A DNA stretch of 64,000 bases, from positions 1 through 64,000 of IMG/VR virus record IMGVR_UViG_641228477_000003; one strand, given 5' to 3'. The translations under genes and the position numbers were made by a program. Within the stretch, counting starts at the first letter, position 1. Each line of letters begins with the position of its first letter. Below the pieces are notes generated by a model, which saw only the letters and a list, made by a program, of their open reading frames with translations, ran no database searches and was not told where the DNA came from. This DNA comes from an uncultured virus (IMG/VR IMGVR_UViG_641228477_000003). Taxonomy: Duplodnaviria; Heunggongvirae; Uroviricota; Caudoviricetes. Shown here in pieces: positions 58,449 through 64,000 of this stretch.

Positions 58449-58604
58449 ATGCAAGAAGTGTTAACATTCCTCTTCGACAACTTACATAGTCCGATGTCAT
58501 TCGTTATCATCTTCATGGTTTGCACTGAATTTGGTTTCAGCGTAAAACGTGTAAATGGTAAGATTGACTTCGAGATAACAGTAAACTATCGATTCAGGAA
58601 GTAA
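58449..58604 (+). CDS. 51-aa small protein (moron)
   Basis: TTGACA-N18-TATACT promoter (58371-58400), GAAAGGAGG RBS. Confidence 0.7.
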   Translation: MQEVLTFLFDNLHSPMSFVIIFMVCTEFGFSVKRVNGKIDFEITVNYRFRK

Positions 58605-58670
58605 ATAAGGTCATAGGGCGTGTTACAGCACGTCCTACCCTTTAACAAATAGTATAACACTTCGACGCAT

Positions 58671-58850
58671 ATGAATACAATTATGAGCGATAAAAATAAA
58701 GTTAGATACCTATTGATGACGGCGCTGGTGTTTTTACTGATAACGAGGATTATCGGCAATCCCATCGCAGGAGGACTCGCAGTTGTATTTGCTATAGCTG
58801 TAGCCTGTGCAGTCTTCACGGAACGAATCGGAAGAAAGCGAAGACAGTAG
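58671..58850 (+). CDS. 59-aa two-TM protein with basic tail (not in ORF track)
   Basis: MNTIMSDKNKVRYLLMTALVFLLITRIIGNPIAGGLAVVFAIAVACAVFTERIGRKRRQ; no SD; terminator follows. Confidence 0.55.
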   Translation: MNTIMSDKNKVRYLLMTALVFLLITRIIGNPIAGGLAVVFAIAVACAVFTERIGRKRRQ

Positions 58851-58914
58851 TCTCATCGTACTCTTTCGAGCATAATAAAAAGCGGTACACGTTAATTCGT
58901 GTCCGCTTCTTTTT

Positions 58915-59163
58915 TTATTTCGGCATCTTCTTCATAATCAGGTAGTTTCGTACGATGAGTCCGTGGTCTTTATGAATCTCCTGCAACAACGCACCAGCAG
59001 TAAATACCCTATCGTGCCAATACGAATAATAGCCGTCCGCCCTCATAAGAAATACACGACCGTTTATCGGATTCAGGCGTACGTCATACGTATGTGTAGC
59101 ACGTCCGAACATCCATTGAATGGCGACTCTATCGCCTACCTCTAGTGTAATTGGTCTAGCCAT
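58915..59163 (-). CDS. Paralog family A, member 4
   Basis: VGDRVAIQW...Y...GRVFL. Confidence 0.7.
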   Translation of the reverse strand: MARPITLEVGDRVAIQWMFGRATHTYDVRLNPINGRVFLMRADGYYSYWHDRVFTAGALLQEIHKDHGLIVRNYLIMKKMPK

Positions 59164-59432
59164 TATATATCGCTTCCTTTCGGATAGATTACATATGATT
59201 CGACAATAGGCATGTCGCCCATCATATCGCCTTTAATCATGTCCAGCAGGTCAATCGTATTCATGAGAACAGGACGACGATACGCATATCTATTTGTACC
59301 CTTCCTACGCAAGAATACTCGACCATCTTCGCCTTGTACTACGAAGTATGTGTGTTTCTCGAATGTATGCCATGTGATGTCGATAGTATCATCGATGTAC
59401 AGGCGCTCAATCGTTTCGCCTAGATTACCCAT
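59163..59432 (-). CDS. Paralog family A, member 3
   Basis: IDDTIDITW...Y...GRVFL. Confidence 0.7.
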   Translation of the reverse strand: MGNLGETIERLYIDDTIDITWHTFEKHTYFVVQGEDGRVFLRRKGTNRYAYRRPVLMNTIDLLDMIKGDMMGDMPIVESYVIYPKGSDI

Positions 59433-59524
59433 GATTACGACCGCCCTTCACATATTTATAGATATCTCTCGCAACCCGACAGACGAGAACCGTAACAATA
59501 ACAACGCCAATATTAACCGCCATT

Positions 59525-59716
59525 CTATTCATCCTCCCCATACAAATACTTATTCGCATTGTGGTAAGAGTCCGTATCATAAGCGTGACAATTGTCCATC
59601 GTACTCATACAGTCCTGAAGTAAGTCCGTTAATATATCAACCTTCGCAGTCAGTTCGTTATTGTCTTCGACTAGCTTTTCGATTCGTTCTTCGTATGCAT
59701 GTGTAATGCTACCCAT
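59525..59716 (-). CDS. Small coiled-coil protein
   Basis: TAATG coupling. Confidence 0.55.
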   Translation of the reverse strand: MGSITHAYEERIEKLVEDNNELTAKVDILTDLLQDCMSTMDNCHAYDTDSYHNANKYLYGEDE

Positions 59717-60024
59717 TATTTCGCCACCGCCTTTCGTCGTATCACCATTTCCCATTCGGCTTGTGCCAGTACTACGTAATGCTCTATCGTAGAGTGGTCA
59801 GCGATTGCCTTCAATAATCCGTGCAATGTTCTCCCCTTACTCTTAAAAGCGTAATTCGAACCGTTGACGCAAGCTAAGAAAACATCATCAACACGTGCGC
59901 CCATTTCAGCACTTTCCTGTACGAGATACAATTCGTAATCCTTTCGTCCAGTCCACAAGATCGCTACGAAGTCACCGACTCTCAGGTTCGTTGGCTTCGC
60001 TAATCCTTCGACAGTTGCCATCAT
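59716..60024 (-). CDS. Paralog family A, member 2
   Basis: VGDFVAILW...Y...VFL. Confidence 0.7.
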   Translation of the reverse strand: MMATVEGLAKPTNLRVGDFVAILWTGRKDYELYLVQESAEMGARVDDVFLACVNGSNYAFKSKGRTLHGLLKAIADHSTIEHYVVLAQAEWEMVIRRKAVAK

Positions 60025-60323
60025 TATTGACCGCCACCCTTTCGCTCCATTTTCAGCTTCCAAAACTCTTTCGAATACAACGTGTATGACTCTAGTAAAT
60101 CAGCTTCGTGACGCAATGCGTTAATCAAATCGACAATACGAGCGTCGGATTGTTGCAAGAATGAATATCCTACGCCATCAATACCCATTAAACATAAGCG
60201 ATTACCCACTGGCGTCTTTATAATCAAGTACACTTTAGGCGTCTTTTCGCCTTTCCACTGGATTTCTACAACGTCACCAAGACCGTATTCTCTCGTTAAT
60301 TCCTTTGAAATTTCTATTTCCAT
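60024..60323 (-). CDS. Paralog family A, member 1
   Basis: LGDVVEIQW...Y...RLCL. Confidence 0.7.
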   Translation of the reverse strand: MEIEISKELTREYGLGDVVEIQWKGEKTPKVYLIIKTPVGNRLCLMGIDGVGYSFLQQSDARIVDLINALRHEADLLESYTLYSKEFWKLKMERKGGGQ

Positions 60324-60390
60324 ATTTATCGCTCCCTTATCGCTATTTACACATACATAAGGACGCAGGACACGACGAAAAGAGCGAATA

Positions 60391-61725
60391 CTAAATGTAT
60401 CCGCCCTCGATAATCTTATCCATCAACGCACTAATGACATTCACCGTCACCGCATTGCCAGCCGTCTTATATAATTGTGCGTTTGATATGCCGTTTTCGT
60501 GTAGCAGCTCATGTATCTCATCTCTAAATCCCTGTAGCCTGAAACACTCTTTCGGCGTGATTTTCCGCACTTTCCATTCATGCGTAAGTGTAACGAGATA
60601 GTTCGTAGTCTCTAGCGTATGACAAACGCCATGACCGACTCGACCACGCCTTGTCTTACTCGAAGGGAATTTGATATTTATCGAATCACCTACACCAGCG
60701 ACCGCATATCCCTTCTTCGTAGCTTCGAGAACAGCAACCTTCGGCTCTTGATTTCCACCTTGCATCGTAGTCAGCGCAGGAGAAACACCATTCGGTGAAT
60801 ACACACGTTTCAGGATATCGTGTCCTTTTACGTCAATTCGTCCGATACAGTCTGTTTCTAACTTTCCGACCATATCAGGCAGTCCATTTGCATCGAGCAT
60901 CTTCAATATCTCGGCTGATGCGTCCTCTTTGATGTAGAATCTCTTATCTACACTTTCTTCGAGTATATCAATCAGCGATACATTGACATCTTCTTGCGCA
61001 GGGAAGTCGAAGTTAAACGACTGTACGCCTAAATTCAATAGATTTCGCTTGCAGTTTGCAACCACATTCTTTCCTTTGATGCGCCATTCTTCGGACTGTA
61101 CTAAATCCTTTCGTACACATACGACGAATATACGCTCCCTATTTTGGGCTACATCGAAGTACTTCGAATTGATGCTTTCGAAATCAATCACGTAGCCGAT
61201 CTTGTTCATTGTTTCCGCAATCACTCGCATCGTTTCACCTTTTGCTGAAGAAATGAGTCCTTTTACATTCTCCATTAATACTACCTTTGGTTGCGCATAT
61301 TCAGCTACACGTGCCACCTCGTAGAATAGCATTCCACGTATATCCTTCGGCTTCGCTTCGTCACAACATTCGGTGCATCTTACGTTACGCATCTTGTATC
61401 GTTCGAAGTCAATTACAAACTCATGCTTACATCGTGGATTGATGCATTTGTACATCATGCCATCTCTACCGCCAGCTACTGAAAACGTAGGGCAGGGAAA
61501 GCCAGCAGTCAGGATATCGTGTCTCGGTACGTCCATTGATCGCACTTTCGTGATATCACCCACCGTCTTCTTTCCGTAAATCAATTCGTACGCTGTGTTT
61601 GCGTATTTATCGACTTCTGACGCCATAACGCAAATACCGCCTTTTCCATTCAGTGCTTGTTCGAAGCCACCGATTCCTGAAAAAAGCGATACATATTTAA
61701 ACCATATATTACCCTCACTTCCCAT
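60391..61725 (-). CDS. C5-cytosine DNA methyltransferase, probably bispecific
   Basis: FSGIGG, GFPC, ENVKG, QNRER, two TRD-like modules, YKTAGNAV. Confidence 0.95.
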   Translation of the reverse strand: MGSEGNIWFKYVSLFSGIGGFEQALNGKGGICVMASEVDKYANTAYELIYGKKTVGDITKVRSMDVPRHDILTAGFPCPTFSVAGGRDGMMYKCINPRCKHEFVIDFERYKMRNVRCTECCDEAKPKDIRGMLFYEVARVAEYAQPKVVLMENVKGLISSAKGETMRVIAETMNKIGYVIDFESINSKYFDVAQNRERIFVVCVRKDLVQSEEWRIKGKNVVANCKRNLLNLGVQSFNFDFPAQEDVNVSLIDILEESVDKRFYIKEDASAEILKMLDANGLPDMVGKLETDCIGRIDVKGHDILKRVYSPNGVSPALTTMQGGNQEPKVAVLEATKKGYAVAGVGDSINIKFPSSKTRRGRVGHGVCHTLETTNYLVTLTHEWKVRKITPKECFRLQGFRDEIHELLHENGISNAQLYKTAGNAVTVNVISALMDKIIEGGYI

Positions 61726-61790
61726 ACATACCACCCTTTCACGTTTGGTACGTACATAAGGGCGTGAAGACATAAAAAAAGAGCGACCGC

Positions 61791-62504
61791 TTATGCGACC
61801 GCCTTTTCGTTGATATGTCGTTTATATTCCTGAATCACATTCTCGTTTGCACGTGGCTTTCGAATTGTCTTGCCAGTGTTACAGAATGGGTTCAGTGCTT
61901 TAATCAGATACGTTTCGTAGATGTCTCGATGGAACACGTTACTTACATACATGTAGTCCACTCGATGCACAAGATCGTTACGCATCAATTCCTTTAACCG
62001 ATGATTTGAACTGATACCAATTATGTGCGTATTCGTTCGGTGGTATAGGCTACCTGTGATTCCTACATACAATGGATTGCTGAATGCATCATAGAATACA
62101 TATACGCCAGCAACCATCTTCAGGTCGTCAATCAACGATAAATCACGTTTGACCGAATCTACATACACCGTCTTACGTATTGTAGGTGGTTTAATCGAAA
62201 TCAGACCATCATCATACGCATTCTCGGATTGCTTCGCTTTGAATTCGACCGCCTTCGCAAACTCTTCAGCGATCAGTTTCTTTCGTTCGCCGTCCGTGAC
62301 CATATATTTGCCGTTCTCGTTCAACTTACGTTTGATTCTCGTAATCGTTTCGCTGGATGTTGCGTTCACACAATCATCGACAGACTTGATGTTATCGAAA
62401 TGACGCCAGTACGTAGTGACCAGTAATCTGTCGTTTATGCGTGTCGCAGGATAATTCTGTAGAATGTATTCTACCTTCGCTTTCTTCGTTCGTTTTCGTG
62501 CCAT
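61791..62504 (-). CDS. GIY-YIG nuclease-domain protein
   Basis: GVYVFYD...LYVGIT...R...H...E...P..N. Confidence 0.85.
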   Translation of the reverse strand: MARKRTKKAKVEYILQNYPATRINDRLLVTTYWRHFDNIKSVDDCVNATSSETITRIKRKLNENGKYMVTDGERKKLIAEEFAKAVEFKAKQSENAYDDGLISIKPPTIRKTVYVDSVKRDLSLIDDLKMVAGVYVFYDAFSNPLYVGITGSLYHRTNTHIIGISSNHRLKELMRNDLVHRVDYMYVSNVFHRDIYETYLIKALNPFCNTGKTIRKPRANENVIQEYKRHINEKAVA

Positions 62505-62520
62505 TTCTCACACTCTCCCC

Positions 62521-62874
62521 TTAGAATGATATCTTCGTAGAACCACTTAAATGACCAGCATTTATGATTCCGCCTTGTATTTTCATGTTCGGGCCGCCTA
62601 ACCACGCAGTCCCTTTTACTGGATTCAGGAATTCCACTGAAACAACTGTCGCATCCCTAATTTTCGGATTGTATATCACCGCAAGTACAGGATGTGATTC
62701 CGACGGTTGTGGTACATTGATGATTTTTAGAATATCTACTACATCGCCACGCACATAATTGATAATATCTACATAGTCGTCGAACACATCGCCGTCATGT
62801 ACTTCAGCAAGTCCAAATGATTCGTTTATTATTGCGCTATCCCCAACATTGAATTTATGATCGCTCATCATCAT
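62521..62874 (-). CDS. Hypothetical SH3-like protein
   Basis: KFNVGD start; RBS. Confidence 0.6.
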   Translation of the reverse strand: MMMSDHKFNVGDSAIINESFGLAEVHDGDVFDDYVDIINYVRGDVVDILKIINVPQPSESHPVLAVIYNPKIRDATVVSVEFLNPVKGTAWLGGPNMKIQGGIINAGHLSGSTKISF

Positions 62875-62912
62875 TTCCCCTTTACGTTGTATTTCGTACA
62901 GAAAAAGACGCC

Positions 62913-63296
62913 CTAGAGCGCCTTTATGCTGGTAACATTCGGATACATCGACATGACAGCCGAACGCATACCAAACGTCATTACTTCGTATTTCTTTCCT
63001 TCCTTTAACTTAGCCTGAAAGTCAGCACTATCGTACTTTCCAGCGAAGAAGCTGTCGGTGTTCTCAAGAACGTGAGTCTCGCCGTTCTCATCCTCGATTA
63101 CAACGAAGAACTTATCGACACTATCAATACGCTTCGTGTATTTATCTACGACAGTACCGACGATAGGCTCACGTGATTCCGAATTGTTCACGCTGGTGCG
63201 TACAGCCGAGCATGATATGGTAATAGCGAGAATGAACGCAATAATACCAGTGATGATTAGACCTCTACGGACATTAGTTCGTGATTTGCGGTTCAT
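62913..63296 (-). CDS. Membrane-anchored/lipoprotein, OB-fold-like
   Basis: TM + ITISC; VVDK...LENTDS...YPNV. Confidence 0.65.
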   Translation of the reverse strand: MNRKSRTNVRRGLIITGIIAFILAITISCSAVRTSVNNSESREPIVGTVVDKYTKRIDSVDKFFVVIEDENGETHVLENTDSFFAGKYDSADFQAKLKEGKKYEVMTFGMRSAVMSMYPNVTSIKAL

Positions 63297-63670
63297 TATT
63301 TCACCGCCATTTCTTCGAAGTATCCACGTACGTTGCGTAGGAATTGCATTGCTTCCTCCGCCTTGGCTTCGTTAAGGATGATGATCGCGTAATCACCAGC
63401 GCCATAGATTTCAACACGAATACTCTTGCTATCGCTTTGTCGTCTGATTTTCATGTAATAATTGTGCTTGTCTACCAAGCATTTAATATCCCCTGATGCT
63501 GTACCCTTCTCTAAGTTGGATTTTAGTACGCCCAGTAACACTGTAGGATTTACGAAGGTAGTACGATATGTGTCGTTAGCCTTAGCCATTAACGCAACAT
63601 TTCCATTTGGCATCATCTTCATTTCCAGCGTGTCTTTTTCTCTATATGAGCAATTAATTGTCTTCTTCAT
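63296..63670 (-). CDS. Paralog family B, member 2
   Basis: Ends EMAVK. Confidence 0.65.
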   Translation of the reverse strand: MKKTINCSYREKDTLEMKMMPNGNVALMAKANDTYRTTFVNPTVLLGVLKSNLEKGTASGDIKCLVDKHNYYMKIRRQSDSKSIRVEIYGAGDYAIIILNEAKAEEAMQFLRNVRGYFEEMAVK

Positions 63671-63671
63671 A

Positions 63672-63998
63672 CTATTTCACCGCCATTTCGTCGAGAACGC
63701 CGATAACGTTCTTTAAGTCATTCGTGAAGTCTGTGAATGTTTTTAAGCCCATAATCATCGCATGTAATGGCTCATTAGGCATTTTAATACCGATACCTAC
63801 GTCGCCATCTGAATGATACGTCTTAATGTGTTTCTTTTCGCCAGCCTTGAATTTAGTGTCTGAAGTACCTTTATTGCGGTGAATCTCAAGTGAATTCAAC
63901 AACTCTTTCGGTTGCTTGATTTCGGCTGTAACCATTGGTCTACCACCCATTGAAATCGTGAGATACGCCTTCTCGTCGTGCGCCACACATACCGACAT
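63672..63998 (-). CDS. Paralog family B, member 1 (start may lie outside window)
   Basis: Ends EMAVK; LL..L.....KGT shared. Confidence 0.6.
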   Translation of the reverse strand: MSVCVAHDEKAYLTISMGGRPMVTAEIKQPKELLNSLEIHRNKGTSDTKFKAGEKKHIKTYHSDGDVGIGIKMPNEPLHAMIMGLKTFTDFTNDLKNVIGVLDEMAVK

Positions 63999-64000
63999 AG

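Larger units (their letters stand above)
1..64000. mobile_element. Temperate siphovirus / phage-plasmid genome segment (Bacillota host)
   Basis: Terminase, portal, capsid, tail, tape measure, endolysin/holin, replisome and repressor plus Rep/ParM/ParR; sigmaA-type promoters and GGAGG RBSs; no housekeeping genes. Confidence 0.95.

Noticed and set aside
57134..58454. ORFs 57134, 57524, 57863, 58269
   Set aside because: Low-complexity repeat DNA with no RBS
1..64000. tRNA/rRNA genes
   Set aside because: No cloverleaf or T-loop signature noticed in intergenic DNA; not checked by software

Overview
The whole 64 kb window is part of one temperate siphovirus genome of a Bacillota (Bacillus-like) host. 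No host genes or att junctions are visible and almost all genes lie on the minus strand. It carries a complete head/tail/lysis module, a lytic replisome (family A DNA polymerase split into two separate genes, SSB, primase, DnaB, DnaC-like loader, RuvC), a phage sigma-like factor, an XRE repressor and a deoxynucleoside salvage set including a NupC-type transporter. It also has a plasmid-type maintenance cassette (Rep with internal iterons, antisense RNA, ParM/ParR), so it looks like a phage-plasmid. Non-coding signals read directly from the sequence: (i) 16 copies of a phage-specific promoter-like motif; (ii) 8-9 copies of a 17-bp palindromic operator; (iii) a 30-bp-periodic hairpin array and a LexA box in the switch region; (iv) a 49-bp perfect inverted repeat 29 kb apart, with one copy beside a tyrosine recombinase; (v) a restriction-site signature (GGCC seen only inside GCCGC/GCGGC, GATC only next to CG) that predicts the specificities of the two-TRD C5 methyltransferase. 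All functional calls come from motif recognition by eye. Motif counts are manual and not exhaustive. Several starts were moved downstream of the ORF track on RBS/promoter evidence.
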